Assembly: GCA_963766075.1 (NCBI GenBank)
Contig: CAVYAN010000075.1
Coordinates: forward strand, 23,268-87,267
From: an uncultured cyanobacterium
Lineage (GTDB): Bacteria; Cyanobacteriota; Cyanobacteriia; Leptolyngbyales; Leptolyngbyaceae
Reading direction: 5' to 3'
Length of the DNA stretch: 64,000 nt
The notes under the pieces were generated by a model. That model searched no databases. It saw only the letters and a list, made by a program, of their open reading frames with translations, and had not been told where the DNA came from. Below are positions 1 through 11,364 of the stretch, piece by piece. Made by a program: the position numbers and the translations under genes. How positions within the stretch are numbered: the first letter of the stretch is position 1; the number at the start of each line of letters is the position of its first letter.

Positions 1-184
1 CAGCATATTTACTGAATCAATCCATCTAAAAGATACGTAAACTTCCTGCGGAATTCCACCGCTAGACTTCCTAGAATAGAGGTAGTGTCTCCCATTCAAT
101 TCGATTATGCAAGATCACTCTTGTCAGTCTGAGTTCAGTATTACGCTCACGTGTCTTGTATCTAATTTTGCAGCTAGGTTCAAT

Positions 185-1099
185 ATGATGAAACATCACA
201 ATCTTTTCAATATGGCGGTGGGCACAGTTGCCCTGATCGCCAGCAGCGCATGGATACCCGATGCCCATGCGGGTATGTTCGCGCCTCCCGCAGGTGGTGC
301 GCCCAGTCAAGCGACAGGCGGGGCCTCGCGGGGTAGTTTATTCAAACCTTCCAGCCGCACCGCGCCCCAAGGGGCCACGGGCGGGGCCTCGCGGGGCAGT
401 TTGTTCAAACCCAGTTCTAACCGCACCGCGCCCCAGCGCACTGCGGGTGGGGCGGCCCGTGGGCCTCTGTTTAGCACTCAGGGTGCCCCTAGTCAGGCGG
501 CGGGTGGGGCCTCCCGTGCGGGTAGCTATCCTCTCAATTCAGAAATTGGCAGTACCACAGGCCCAGCAGCTTTGTTGGCAGTCTTGCCCCAGACCTTTTA
601 TGGCACAACGGTGGCAGAGCGCCCCACAATTCTGGTCTACGCGCCTGCTTCCAATGCGAGAGAAGTCCTGTTCAGCCTCAAAGATGAGGCTGGCAAAACC
701 GTCCATGAAATGATGTTGCCCATCTCTGGAACTGCGGGCATTATGGCAGTGCAGCTCCCCGCCGAAGCTCCAGCATTGATCGTTGGCAAAAATTATCAGT
801 GGTTTCTCGCTTTGATGGTGGATGGAGTCCTGAGCCCCAGCACACCCTACGTCGATGGGTGGATCCAGCGCATTCAGCCCAGTGCCACCATTACCGCCGC
901 CCTGCAACAGCCCAATGCTTTGCAGCAGGCGACAGTGTTGGGTGCAGAGGGGGTGTGGTACGACTGTGTAGCAACGTTGGCAACGTGGCATGGCAGCCAA
1001 TCTGACAAGAGCGCACCCCTGAAGGATTGGGCCGATCTACTGACTTCTGTGGGGTTAAAAGAGATTGCCGCAGCGCCCGTTATTTCTGTAGTGAATTAG
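185..1099 (+). CDS. DUF928-domain secreted protein with N-terminal GGASRG repeats
   Basis: Signal peptide ending AHA, four AP..GGA(S/A)R repeats, then the DUF928 pattern (LLAVLP..GTTVAERPTILVYAP; GKNYQW; GWIQR; GVWYD; WADLLTSVGL). Lies directly upstream of a CHASE2 kinase. Start moved from 107 to the ATG at 185. Confidence 0.85.
   Translation: MMKHHNLFNMAVGTVALIASSAWIPDAHAGMFAPPAGGAPSQATGGASRGSLFKPSSRTAPQGATGGASRGSLFKPSSNRTAPQRTAGGAARGPLFSTQGAPSQAAGGASRAGSYPLNSEIGSTTGPAALLAVLPQTFYGTTVAERPTILVYAPASNAREVLFSLKDEAGKTVHEMMLPISGTAGIMAVQLPAEAPALIVGKNYQWFLALMVDGVLSPSTPYVDGWIQRIQPSATITAALQQPNALQQATVLGAEGVWYDCVATLATWHGSQSDKSAPLKDWADLLTSVGLKEIAAAPVISVVN
299..522 (+). repeat. Four degenerate intragenic repeats of about 60 bp encoding AP-x4-GGA(S/A)R
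   Basis: APSQATGGASRG, APQGATGGASRG, APQRTAGGAARG and APSQAAGGASRA; the first two share ggcggggcctcgcgggg at DNA level. Confidence 0.9.
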
Positions 1100-1242
1100 T
1101 TTGTCCGGTGGCTCTGAGAAGTCGGAGGTTTGATCCTTTGAAGAGCATGGTACCGCCGTGCTCTTCTTTATTTTCTCATTCTGATTTTCCCGTCTGGGGT
1201 TGCCTCTTTTTCTTTGGTTTTCTCGGTTCTTGAACGTTTACT

Positions 1243-4068
1243 TTGGACTGCACCATGGCGATGTGGCATAACCTTAAAATAGCGCTTCAACATCACAGCA
1301 GTATGTTGATGATCACGCCAAGCGTGGCGCTGACGGTTTTGGCAGGGCAGTGGCTGGGCCTATTTAATCTACCCGAATGGAAGATTCGGGATGAACTATT
1401 TCGACTGCAATCCCTACCCGCCAGAGCTAACCCTGCGGCGGATGGCATTGTAGTAGTAACCATTGATGAAAAAGATATTCAATCGGTGCGCAAGTGGCCC
1501 ATTCCTGATTGGGCTTTAGCGGATTTACTGGTTAAAATTCGTGCCCAAAAACCGCGCGCCATTGGCCTAGATCTCTATCGTGATTTGCCCGAAGATAAAG
1601 GCTATGCACAGCTCGAAAAAGTGTTCAAAACGACTCCTAATTTGATTGGGGTGGAAAAGATCACAGGCGATCGCGTACCACCGCCGCCGATTTTAAAGCA
1701 GTTAGGACAGGTAGGATTTGCTGACTTGGTGCTAGACAGCGATCGCCATCTCCGTCGTGCCCTCCTGACTGCCGAAGATGCTAAAGATAACCACACCCTT
1801 AAAGCCGGTTTAGCCACACAAGTGGCCTTGAAGTACCTCGAGGCCGAGGGGATTTCCCTCGAAAGTATTAATACTGATCAGCAAAAATTTCAGTTGGGTA
1901 AAGTCACGTTTACACCGTTAAAAAGCCACGATGCTGGCTACAGTGACGCTGATCTGGGGGGCTATCAAATTCTGCTGAATTGGCGGGGTGCCGAAACAGC
2001 TTTTGAGCAAGTGACGATGCGGGATGTGCTGGCGAACCGGGTGCCTGCGAATTTAATGCAGGATCGGATGGTGTTCATTGGCTCGACCGCTACTAGTACC
2101 AATGATTTCTTTAATACACCCTATAGTTCTTCCTGGTTTTCTGCCCAACAGCCCACCGCAGGTGTGGTCGTTCATGCCAATATTGCCTATCACCTAGTGC
2201 AGGGTGCCAAGTATGGCCGGGGCAACCTAACCGGATTTTCGGGAAAGCAAAACTTTGTCTGGGTGAGTTTTTGGGCGCTATTAGGATCTGTGGGCAGTTG
2301 GGGGTTGGCCAACCGCACCCTCCGCCGCTCCTTGCCGGGGGGTACGGTATTCTGGGCGACTGGGGCGATCAGTGGCAGTATTGTCATCGGGGCATACTGG
2401 ACTTTTATGGCCGGAGTACTGATCCCGGTGACTCCCGCTTTGTCGGCTGTGATAAGTAGCGTGGTGGCTACGGTGCTTGCTCATAAGCACCAAAAGCTAG
2501 AGGCCGCAAACCGGAAGTTGGGTGCAGCAAACTGGCAACTGGCCAAGGCCAATAATCAACTGCTGGACTATTCCAAAAATCTGGAAGCTAAGGTGGCGGA
2601 ACGCACCCATGAATTAATGGAAGCCAAGCAGGTAGCCGATGCGGCCAATCAAGCTAAAAGTGAATTTTTGGCGAATATGAGCCACGAACTGCGTACGCCT
2701 TTAAATGGCATTTTGGGATTTGCCCAAGTGCTGGAGCGATCGCCGAACCTTGCGGCAAAGGATCAAGAAGGGGTCAGAATCATTCACCAATGTGGTGCCC
2801 ACTTGCTACTCCTGATTAATGACATTTTGGATCTCTCTAAAATTGAAGCCCGTAAGCTGGATTTGCATCTAACTCCTGTGCATTTACCCGTTTTCCTGCA
2901 GGGTGTTGCGGAAATTTGCGGGGTGCGTGCCGACCAGAAAGGCGTGAAGTTTCAGATGACCCTGGGCGATCGCCTGCCTGCGGGCATTCGTGCCGACGAA
3001 AAGCGTCTCCGCCAAGTTTTGATTAATTTATTAGGCAACGCAATTAAATTTACTGACCAGGGGAGTGTGACATTTCGGGTCTCTGCGCCTGGGGCCGATC
3101 AAGGTGAAGGTAAAGCCACGGGCGATACCTGCCGGTTGCGGTTCCAAATTGAAGATACGGGGGTAGGCATTTCTGCGGAACAACTTGCCCAAATCTTTCT
3201 CCCCTTTGAGCAGGCGGGGGAAAGTGGGCGCAAGGCTGAAGGCACAGGGTTGGGGCTCGCGATCAGTCAGAGAATTGTCGAGCTGATGGACAGTCAAATT
3301 CAGGTACAAAGCCAGGTGGGCGAAGGCACTATTTTTTGGCTGGAGGTGGAGTTTGAACTGGCCCGTGACTGGGATAGTCTGGCGGCAACCCCTCCTACTC
3401 AAAAAATTAGTGGAATCCGCGATCGCCAGCCGTTAGTGTTAGTGGTGGATGATGAGGCGCACCATCGCGAGATTGTCGCTACGCTATTGACCAATCTGGG
3501 CTTTCGGGTTCTGGAAGCGGGCGATGGTGCGGCGGGGTTGGAGCAAGCCATCAGCCACCAACCCGAGGCGATTCTGCTTGATTTGACCATGCCGGTGATG
3601 GATGGGTTTGAACTGATTCATCAGTTGCGGAATCAGATTACCACCCAATCTGTGCCGATCTTGGTGACCAGTGCCAGCGCCTTTGACGTTGATCGCCAGC
3701 GGAGCCTGCAAGCAGGTGCCACTGTATTTTTGCCAAAGCCGTTGCAGATGGATAGTGTTTTAGCCGCACTGCAAAATGTACTGGCGTTGGACTGGATCTA
3801 TGCTGATCAACCTAACCCAGAAGTACTCGCTCCTGTAGCCGCTTCATCCGAAATCGTGCTGCCCGATGAAGCTGTTTTAGAGCAACTCCATCATCTTGCC
3901 ATGATGGGGGATATAGAGGCGATCGAGGGCATCCTAGATCAAGTTATAGAATCCAATCCCCAATGCACTGTTTTTGTCACTGCGCTGAGGAAACTCGCTG
4001 CAAACTACCAGACGGGTAAAATCCGAAGATTTATTAAGCAATTTAAGACAACGGAATCCTATCTATGA
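1243..4068 (+). CDS. CHASE2-domain hybrid sensor histidine kinase (CHASE2-TM-HisKA-HATPase-REC)
   Basis: [13 protein letters not shown] and [10 protein letters not shown] (CHASE2), transmembrane helices, H-box [15 protein letters not shown]-box [17 protein letters not shown]-terminal receiver (LVVDD, LLDLTMP, KP). True start may be ATG 1255 or 1261. Confidence 0.95.
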   Translation: MDCTMAMWHNLKIALQHHSSMLMITPSVALTVLAGQWLGLFNLPEWKIRDELFRLQSLPARANPAADGIVVVTIDEKDIQSVRKWPIPDWALADLLVKIRAQKPRAIGLDLYRDLPEDKGYAQLEKVFKTTPNLIGVEKITGDRVPPPPILKQLGQVGFADLVLDSDRHLRRALLTAEDAKDNHTLKAGLATQVALKYLEAEGISLESINTDQQKFQLGKVTFTPLKSHDAGYSDADLGGYQILLNWRGAETAFEQVTMRDVLANRVPANLMQDRMVFIGSTATSTNDFFNTPYSSSWFSAQQPTAGVVVHANIAYHLVQGAKYGRGNLTGFSGKQNFVWVSFWALLGSVGSWGLANRTLRRSLPGGTVFWATGAISGSIVIGAYWTFMAGVLIPVTPALSAVISSVVATVLAHKHQKLEAANRKLGAANWQLAKANNQLLDYSKNLEAKVAERTHELMEAKQVADAANQAKSEFLANMSHELRTPLNGILGFAQVLERSPNLAAKDQEGVRIIHQCGAHLLLLINDILDLSKIEARKLDLHLTPVHLPVFLQGVAEICGVRADQKGVKFQMTLGDRLPAGIRADEKRLRQVLINLLGNAIKFTDQGSVTFRVSAPGADQGEGKATGDTCRLRFQIEDTGVGISAEQLAQIFLPFEQAGESGRKAEGTGLGLAISQRIVELMDSQIQVQSQVGEGTIFWLEVEFELARDWDSLAATPPTQKISGIRDRQPLVLVVDDEAHHREIVATLLTNLGFRVLEAGDGAAGLEQAISHQPEAILLDLTMPVMDGFELIHQLRNQITTQSVPILVTSASAFDVDRQRSLQAGATVFLPKPLQMDSVLAALQNVLALDWIYADQPNPEVLAPVAASSEIVLPDEAVLEQLHHLAMMGDIEAIEGILDQVIESNPQCTVFVTALRKLAANYQTGKIRRFIKQFKTTESYL

Positions 4069-5384
4069 TCAACGACAGTCACGGATCATCCACGCGCATC
4101 CTGCTGGTTGATGATAATGCCACAAATCTAAAAGTGCTTTCAGAAGCACTGCGTGGGCAGGGTTGGACAACTCTAGTTGCTGATGATGGGGAATCAGCCC
4201 TGGAGCAAGTTGAGTATGCATTACCCGATTTGATTCTGCTGGATGTCATGATGCCAGGAATCGATGGATTTGAGACTTGCCAGCGATTAAAGGCAAATCC
4301 GGCAACCGCAGCGATTCCAATTATTTTCACAACGGCACTCTCTGATGCTGTGGATAAGGTGAAGGGCTTGGAACTGGGTGCGGTGGATTACATTACCAAA
4401 CCGTTTCAGCAGGAAGAGGCGATCGCCCGCGTCAAGCTCCATTTAAAGCTTTCGCACTTGACCCAAACTTTGGAGCAGCAAGTAGAAGCCCGCACAGCGG
4501 AACTGTCGCGATCGCTGCAGCAGTTGCAGAAAACCCAGTTGCAGCTCGTACAAAGCGAAAAAATGTCTGCCTTAGGGCAGCTTGTGGCTGGAATTGGCCA
4601 TGAGATTAATAATCCGATAAATTTCATCACCGGTAACCTGACACATATCAATGGATACACGGAAAACTTATTCCAACTCATCGATCTTTATCAGGAGAAG
4701 CTGCCCCAGCCTGATCCGAATATCAGCGAGTTAATGGAAGAGATCGACTTGGACTATCTCCGGGAAGACTTGGTTAAATTAATGAACTCCATGCAGGAGG
4801 GTATTAAACGTCTCCAAGAGATCAGCTTGTCTCTGCGCACCTTTGCCCGGGCTGATATGAGCCTGAATAAGAGTGAGTTTCAGGTCCATGAGGGATTAGA
4901 TAGCACATTATTGCTGCTGAAGCATCGTACAAAGGGCAATCAACGTCGTCCGGAAATTCAAATCATCAAGGACTATGGCAACTTGCCGCCGATTAATTGC
5001 TATCCTGGGCAGTTGAATCAAGTCTTTATGAATATTATTGCCAATGCAATTGATGCGATCGATGAACTGAGTCTGACTCGCACCTATGGAGCTGCCATCC
5101 AAGACCCCAATACAATTACCATTCGGACAGCACTGACTGTGGCCCGAGATAGCATTATCCTTTCGATTCGAGATAACGCTGCTGGCATGCCTCCAGAGGT
5201 CCAAGCGCAAATTTTTGAGCCGACCTTCACCACAAAGGCTGTGGGCAAGGGGACAGGGCTGGGCCTGCCGATTAGCTATCAAATTATTGTGGAGAAGCAT
5301 GGTGGGAAATTAGAGTGCCTCTCTACCCCTGCGGGGGACACAGATTTTAGAGGCACAGAATTCATCATTACGTTGCCTTGCTAA
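4065..5384 (+). CDS. Hybrid response regulator / histidine kinase (REC-HisKA-HATPase)
   Basis: ILLVDD..LLDVMMP..KPF, then [30 protein letters not shown] and GKGTGLGL. Overlaps the upstream stop (ATGA). Confidence 0.95.
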   Translation: MINDSHGSSTRILLVDDNATNLKVLSEALRGQGWTTLVADDGESALEQVEYALPDLILLDVMMPGIDGFETCQRLKANPATAAIPIIFTTALSDAVDKVKGLELGAVDYITKPFQQEEAIARVKLHLKLSHLTQTLEQQVEARTAELSRSLQQLQKTQLQLVQSEKMSALGQLVAGIGHEINNPINFITGNLTHINGYTENLFQLIDLYQEKLPQPDPNISELMEEIDLDYLREDLVKLMNSMQEGIKRLQEISLSLRTFARADMSLNKSEFQVHEGLDSTLLLLKHRTKGNQRRPEIQIIKDYGNLPPINCYPGQLNQVFMNIIANAIDAIDELSLTRTYGAAIQDPNTITIRTALTVARDSIILSIRDNAAGMPPEVQAQIFEPTFTTKAVGKGTGLGLPISYQIIVEKHGGKLECLSTPAGDTDFRGTEFIITLPC

Positions 5385-5420
5385 GTCGGGGCTAAATCGG
5401 GGCTAAATCGGGGCTAAATT
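5380..5420. repeat. 11-bp tandem repeat GCTAAATCGGG, about 3.5 copies
   Basis: Read directly at the stop codon of the kinase gene. Confidence 0.85.
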
Positions 5421-5655
5421 AGGGACAGTTCTGGTCTATCACCATGCCCTTTCACCATGCCCCGTGCCTTCACCGCTCGATTATTCTTCCGCCTTTGTCA
5501 AATAGATGTCCAATAGGACTACCGTTTCTGGAATAGGCGATACTCAATCGCTAGGATCGAGCTTGTCACCGCAAGACTTATCTAAAGATTTATTGATCGT
5601 CGCGGAACCCTTGCCTTCTAACCTGTAGGAATAGAATCATCCCCCATGTTATATC

Positions 5656-8600
5656 GTGGGCAATGCAGGAGTGGGTAGAGGGATTATGGCGATCTTCAGC
5701 AAACGTACGATCGGGCTGATCAGAAAGCTGAGGGCAGCGCTGATGGGGCAGATGCTAACCCAGGATCAGCATTCTGACGTTGGGCGGGTTGGGGTTAAGA
5801 AATTTAGCATCAAAAAATGGATTCCCCTGGTGCTCCTGTCTATGACGCTAGGCTTGACGCTAGGGGTGGGGTTAGGGGGCTGCGATCGCGCCAAACTCTC
5901 TCCTGGTAGTGATCCCCTGCCCATCGTCTCTCCTCTCCGGGCTCGCCAACTGCCTGACTGGATTGAAGACATTAGCCCCACGGGAGAAGCCAAACCCACG
6001 GACCAAATCCGGATCCGGTTTAAGTATCCCTTAATCCCTGTGGAAAGTCTCGAAAGCGACGATTTGAAAGATCTCCTGCAAAAATTTGAAGTACTCCCGC
6101 CGCTGCCCGGTCAGTTTCGCTTTCTGACGCCTCGGATGGTTGGGTTTCAGGCGGATCAAGCCCTGCCCAAATCCACCCGCATTAAGATCACCCTCAAATC
6201 CGGACTGAGCGATCGCAGCAACCACCGCCTTACCCAAGACTTTGAATGGACCTTTAATACCGAATCAATTAATATTACCGACCTGCCCGGTTCAGACCAG
6301 GGCAATGAGCCCTTTGAATTAAAACCAGTTCTGAAATTCACCTCGAATGTGGAATTAGACCTGGGTAGTTTGGGCGATCGCCTCAGCCTTACCCCCGTGG
6401 ATTCCAAAACGGCTGTTCCGGTAAAGATCAGCCTCGCAGAACAGCAGAAACTCCCCTCCGAATCGGGAGACAGCCCCGAAGCCCAGTTTGATCCCAGTGT
6501 TAAAACTTGGAAATACAACGCCACCCCTCAACAAATCCTCAGCAAGGACACCTCCTATCGCTTCGCCATTGCACCGGGTGTGCGCCCCATTGGTGGCAAC
6601 CTCGCCAGTGAAACGCTCTTCGCGACCCAAATCAAAACCTATGCGCCCTTGGTCTTTAAAGAACTAACCCCGGTGGGCCTCCCCGATGCCAGCGGGACTC
6701 CTGGGCGCTTTACCCAAGGGGCGGCTAGCCTACAGTTCAACAACGGTCTAGAGAGTGAATCAGCCCTGGCAACCATTCACCTGGAACCGACCCCAAAAGC
6801 CGCGATCGCCCCTCTGCGTGTCTACGATGGCGAATCTAGCGTCAATTTAAATCCTTGGGCATTGGAACCCGACACGACCTATACGATTAAAATCGGCAGC
6901 GATCTGAAGGATAAGTATGGGCAAACCCTGGGTAAGCCCATGACTCTTACCTATAAAACCGGCGACGTTGCCCCGGATCTGTGGGTGCCCTCAGGGCTTA
7001 ATATTTTCCCTGCTGTAACTAATTCCGCATCCTTACAAGGGGTGGGGGAATCGTCTCAAGTCAACTCTTCCGGTGGAAAATCTGCTGAAACAGTTTCCCC
7101 AACGGTCCAGTCCCCAACGGTGAACTCCCCGACAGTGAAGCCTGGGAGTACAAAAACTGTCCCGGAAAAACCTGTTGGAACCGCTGTTGGAACCTCAACG
7201 CCCAAAGTCTCAACTCCGGCAGCAACGCCCCCAGCTCCCTTACAGTTGAATATCTCAACGGTCAATCTTTCGAGTTATAAGGCGGCCTTTGCTGAGGTGA
7301 GTCCTACGGATCTGGTTTTCACCGATACCGCCTATCCCCAAGACAATGGCATTAACCTATTGCCTGCCCCCAGTGCTTGGAAGTCTACCGCCGTTGCGAC
7401 TGCCCCCAACCAGTCGATCGACACTGCCATCCCCATTCAGAAACAACTGGGCAAAGCCACCGGACTCCTCGCCTACGGTGTGCAGGCACGGACAAATTCA
7501 TACATTGAAAACAAAAAACAGCTTTGGCATGAGCCCCTGATTTATGGCATGGTGCAACTGACGAATCTGGGTGTCTTTGCCCAGTGGTTCCCCGACTCTG
7601 GGTTAGTGCGGGTGCATCACCTTGATACGGGCGCAGCCGCCCCAAATGTCAGTGTCCAAATCTATTTGTCCAAGCTTGGTACCAAATCCCTTCTGCCCCC
7701 GTCCCCCTGTGCTACCGGCACCACCAATAGCGTAGGCATGTGGGAACTCGATCGCACGGCGCTCCAGCGGTGCATCGGCAAAGCTAGTGGTGGATTTGCC
7801 AAGCCGCCGGAACTGCTAGTGATCGCCCAGGAAAAGGAAGACTGGGCCTTTACGCGCACCTACGAATACAGCGGAGCTTACGAATACGGCTTAGATGCAG
7901 GCTGGAGCGATGGCAAACCGGAATCACGGGGCATTATTTTCAGCGATCGCCAACTGTATCAACCGGGCGAAACGGCCTACTTCACCACCGCCGCCTACTA
8001 CCTGCAAAATGGCAGTCTCAAGCAGGACAAACAAGTCCCCTATAGCCTCACCCTGAAGGATCCCAACGGGCAAACTAAACTCCTGCCGCCTCAAACCACG
8101 AATGCCTTTGGCACGTTCTCCTTCAACCTGCCCTTGGATAAAACCCAACCCTTGGGCTACTACACCCTCACCGCCACCAGTGCTGCTGGCGTCGAAATTA
8201 CGGGAGAATTTCGCATTGCTGAATTTAAACCTCCCAACTTCAAAGTGGAACTCAGCCTTGAAGGCGGACGCAAGCTAGATTCTGGGGCGGCAAATCAAAA
8301 TTCAAAATTCAAAATTCAAAATTCCGCAGCGGTGGGACAGGCTGGCGGAGCCTCGCCAGCGGAAACCGCGCCTAGCCTCATCGCATTGCCAAAGGATAAA
8401 TTGACAGCGACAACACAGAGTAACTACCTGTTTGGCGCAGCGCTGGCTGGGGGCAAAACCGAATACTTTGTCACCCGCCAGAAAACCGAATTTATCCCCG
8501 GTTCGTGGCAGGAATTTGCCTTTGGGCGGCAATGGTTTTGGCCGGAACAGGCACCAACCCTGGCGAGTGAGGTGCAGCAGACGGCACAGGAGATTGATGC

Positions 8601-11364
8601 GAAGGGCCAAAGCCGGGAAACCGTGACAGTGGACGCAGAATTGCCCTATCCGCTGCGCTATCGGGTGGATGCCCAAGTGTCAGATGTGTCGAATCTGTCG
8701 GTGGCGGATTCCCGGGAGTTTGTGGCCTTGCCCAGCGATCGCCTGATTGGTCTCAAGACGGATTTTGTTGCTACCGCTGGCAGTGCCTTTCCGGTGCGTG
8801 TGATCGTAACGGATGTGTCGGGCACAGCGATCGCCAATCAAAAAGTTCGGGTCGAGCTACAGCAAATGAACTACAGCCGCATTGCCCGTGTTGTCGAAGG
8901 CAGCCGTGTGGATCAAAATCAAGTGGAGTATAAAACCGTCGCCACGGCAGACCTCGATTCTGCCAATGCCGCTGCCATGGTGTCGCTCACCCCGCCAACG
9001 TCGGGATCCTACCGCCTCCGTGCCAACTTTGTCGATGCCAAAACTGAGGCTACCGCCACGGAAACCCAAATTTGGGTCACTGGGGAAACCCAGGTAGGCT
9101 GGGGCGATCGCTACAGCAATAATCGCCTAGAAGTCAAACTTGACAAAGAGCGCTATAAACCTGGCGATATTGCCACTGCCATCATCCAATCCCCTTATCC
9201 AGAGGGAGAACTCTACTTTGCCGTGATTCGCCATAAAACCCTCTACTGGATTAACCAGAAGATGCAAGGCGGTGCGCCTAAAGTTCAATTTCGTGTCACC
9301 CCGGACATGATGCCCAATGCCGCTGTCCAAGCGGTGCTCGTGCGCCAAGGCAAACCCATCCAACAAACGCAACCGGGCAGCCTGGATAAGCTCGTGAAAA
9401 CCGGCTTTGTTCCGTTCCAAACCAATCTGGATGATCAGTACCTGACGGTCACGGCCACGGCCCTACCGGAACTCAAACCGGGTGAAGAACAAAGCCTGCA
9501 ATTCAGCCTCAAGAATCCTCAGGACAAACCCGTCAAGGGCCAACTCACCGTCATGGTGGTCAATGAAGCCGTGCTGCAACTGAGCGGCTATCGCCCTCCC
9601 GACTTGGTGCAAACGGTGTACGCTGAGCAGCCAATCACAACCCGCCTAAGTGACAATCGCCCTGATGTCGTGCTGCAACCCTTAGCGTCGCCCCTCGACA
9701 AAGGTTGGGGCTATGGTGGCGGCCTGTCTGCTGGGGCGAGCAATACCCGGACCAGAAGCGACTTCCAAGCAATGGCCTACTACAATGGCTCTTTGCCTAC
9801 CGATGCGACTGGCACCGCCACCGTTCGATTCAAACTGCCCGATGATTTGACAACATGGCGGGTTCTGGTCGTCGCGACGGATGGCGATCTGCACTTTGGC
9901 AATGGTGAAACTCAGTTTGTCACGACAAAGCCGCTGATTGCCAATCCTCTACTGCCGCAATTTGCGCGACCGGGCGATCGCCTGCAAATTGGGCTGGCGG
10001 TTACCAACACAACGGGACAGTCGGGCAATCTGTCCATCACGGGAGCAGTGACCAATCCAGTCCAGTTTGACAACAACTCCGGCAGTCTTCAAAGCGCGAT
10101 CGCAGCCGGAACGCGGGCTTTCCGTTTTCCCATTGTTGTCAATGGTGTGGGTGAGGGGGGAGGCGAAACTGAGATTCAATTCACCACCCAGTTGGGTAGT
10201 GAATCGGATGCCTTCAAGATTCCGCTGAGCATCAAGCCGTTAGAGATTACAGAACACGTGATTGATGCGGGCTCGACTAAACATCAAGCCAAAATCTCCT
10301 TGAACATTGACAACAAGGTAGCTAACGATCTGGGTGGATTAGACATTTCCCTGGCGAGTTCGTTGATCCCATCCCTGGCCTTCCCGGCCCAGCAGATTCT
10401 GGACGATGATGAACTGCCCTTTTTGGAGCCCGTCGCTAGCCATTTGGCGATCGCGGCCAATCTGCAGGTTCTGACCCAAACCTATGGGCAAATCTTCACC
10501 GGCATTAATCCGGCTCAGCAGTCTAGCGCAGCAATTACCCAGCTCCTAAAACTGCAACTCCCCGATGGTGGCTTCGCGGCGTTCCCCGGTCAAACCAAAG
10601 CCGATCCCTTTGTTACGCCCTATGCGGCCCAGAGTCTGGCCCGCGCCATCCGTGTCTTTAGTCCAGCGAATCCATTAGCCCCAGCACCAGATTCCCTCAT
10701 TCCACCCCTCAAAACCTATCTCAAAAAGCTGCTGGCCGATCCGGGGCAGTCCGAATTCTGTAAAGACCCCGTCTGCAAGAATCGGGTGCGAATTGAGGCG
10801 CTGATAGCTTTGGCAGATTTGGGCGATCGCCACAATGACTTTATTACCGACCTGTATGATCAACGCCAAAAGCTCAATCGCCTCAGCCAACTCAAATTTG
10901 CCCGCTACCTCTCCCAAACCCCAAATTGGGAGAAGGAAGGGCAGCAAATGGCCCAGGGGCTACTGAAATCCGTCTATGAAACCGGACGCAGCGCCAGCAT
11001 TCAGCCTGACAGTCCCCAGTCGGTTGGTTGGCAGTGGCTCAATTCGCCCACCATTGCCCAAGCCCAAACGCTGCGATTGGCCGCCAGTCAAAAGACCCGG
11101 ATCGACCTAGTGGATAAGCTGGTGCAAGGGCTCATGGACCAGCGGCGTAATGGCACCTGGCAGAGTTCCTACGCCACTGCCCAAGCCCTCAATGCCCTCG
11201 TGGACTACAGCAGTCTGCAACCCATTCCGCCAAATTTCCAGGCCACCGCGACTCTAGCCGGTAAGTCCCTCGTCTCGGCCCAGTTCCAGGGCTACCGCGC
11301 ACCCAGCACCCGAGTCAAAGTTCCCATGGGCGATCTGCCCGCGATCGCCATGACCTCATTCTAA
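5656..11364 (+). CDS. Alpha-2-macroglobulin family lipoprotein (main part; frameshifted near the 3' end)
   Basis: Lipobox-like LGGC, FSDRQLYQPGE, AEFKPP, LPDDLTTWRV, LPQFARPGD, QLPDGGFA and WQSSYATAQAL are bacterial A2M motifs. The frame continues as 11340..11894. Start codon uncertain. Confidence 0.92.
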   Translation: MGNAGVGRGIMAIFSKRTIGLIRKLRAALMGQMLTQDQHSDVGRVGVKKFSIKKWIPLVLLSMTLGLTLGVGLGGCDRAKLSPGSDPLPIVSPLRARQLPDWIEDISPTGEAKPTDQIRIRFKYPLIPVESLESDDLKDLLQKFEVLPPLPGQFRFLTPRMVGFQADQALPKSTRIKITLKSGLSDRSNHRLTQDFEWTFNTESINITDLPGSDQGNEPFELKPVLKFTSNVELDLGSLGDRLSLTPVDSKTAVPVKISLAEQQKLPSESGDSPEAQFDPSVKTWKYNATPQQILSKDTSYRFAIAPGVRPIGGNLASETLFATQIKTYAPLVFKELTPVGLPDASGTPGRFTQGAASLQFNNGLESESALATIHLEPTPKAAIAPLRVYDGESSVNLNPWALEPDTTYTIKIGSDLKDKYGQTLGKPMTLTYKTGDVAPDLWVPSGLNIFPAVTNSASLQGVGESSQVNSSGGKSAETVSPTVQSPTVNSPTVKPGSTKTVPEKPVGTAVGTSTPKVSTPAATPPAPLQLNISTVNLSSYKAAFAEVSPTDLVFTDTAYPQDNGINLLPAPSAWKSTAVATAPNQSIDTAIPIQKQLGKATGLLAYGVQARTNSYIENKKQLWHEPLIYGMVQLTNLGVFAQWFPDSGLVRVHHLDTGAAAPNVSVQIYLSKLGTKSLLPPSPCATGTTNSVGMWELDRTALQRCIGKASGGFAKPPELLVIAQEKEDWAFTRTYEYSGAYEYGLDAGWSDGKPESRGIIFSDRQLYQPGETAYFTTAAYYLQNGSLKQDKQVPYSLTLKDPNGQTKLLPPQTTNAFGTFSFNLPLDKTQPLGYYTLTATSAAGVEITGEFRIAEFKPPNFKVELSLEGGRKLDSGAANQNSKFKIQNSAAVGQAGGASPAETAPSLIALPKDKLTATTQSNYLFGAALAGGKTEYFVTRQKTEFIPGSWQEFAFGRQWFWPEQAPTLASEVQQTAQEIDAKGQSRETVTVDAELPYPLRYRVDAQVSDVSNLSVADSREFVALPSDRLIGLKTDFVATAGSAFPVRVIVTDVSGTAIANQKVRVELQQMNYSRIARVVEGSRVDQNQVEYKTVATADLDSANAAAMVSLTPPTSGSYRLRANFVDAKTEATATETQIWVTGETQVGWGDRYSNNRLEVKLDKERYKPGDIATAIIQSPYPEGELYFAVIRHKTLYWINQKMQGGAPKVQFRVTPDMMPNAAVQAVLVRQGKPIQQTQPGSLDKLVKTGFVPFQTNLDDQYLTVTATALPELKPGEEQSLQFSLKNPQDKPVKGQLTVMVVNEAVLQLSGYRPPDLVQTVYAEQPITTRLSDNRPDVVLQPLASPLDKGWGYGGGLSAGASNTRTRSDFQAMAYYNGSLPTDATGTATVRFKLPDDLTTWRVLVVATDGDLHFGNGETQFVTTKPLIANPLLPQFARPGDRLQIGLAVTNTTGQSGNLSITGAVTNPVQFDNNSGSLQSAIAAGTRAFRFPIVVNGVGEGGGETEIQFTTQLGSESDAFKIPLSIKPLEITEHVIDAGSTKHQAKISLNIDNKVANDLGGLDISLASSLIPSLAFPAQQILDDDELPFLEPVASHLAIAANLQVLTQTYGQIFTGINPAQQSSAAITQLLKLQLPDGGFAAFPGQTKADPFVTPYAAQSLARAIRVFSPANPLAPAPDSLIPPLKTYLKKLLADPGQSEFCKDPVCKNRVRIEALIALADLGDRHNDFITDLYDQRQKLNRLSQLKFARYLSQTPNWEKEGQQMAQGLLKSVYETGRSASIQPDSPQSVGWQWLNSPTIAQAQTLRLAASQKTRIDLVDKLVQGLMDQRRNGTWQSSYATAQALNALVDYSSLQPIPPNFQATATLAGKSLVSAQFQGYRAPSTRVKVPMGDLPAIAMTSF
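8296..8324. repeat. Heptamer tandem repeat (CAAAATT)x4 inside the A2M coding sequence
   Basis: Encodes QNSKFKIQNS within a low-complexity loop; cyanobacterial STRR-type heptamer. Confidence 0.9.
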
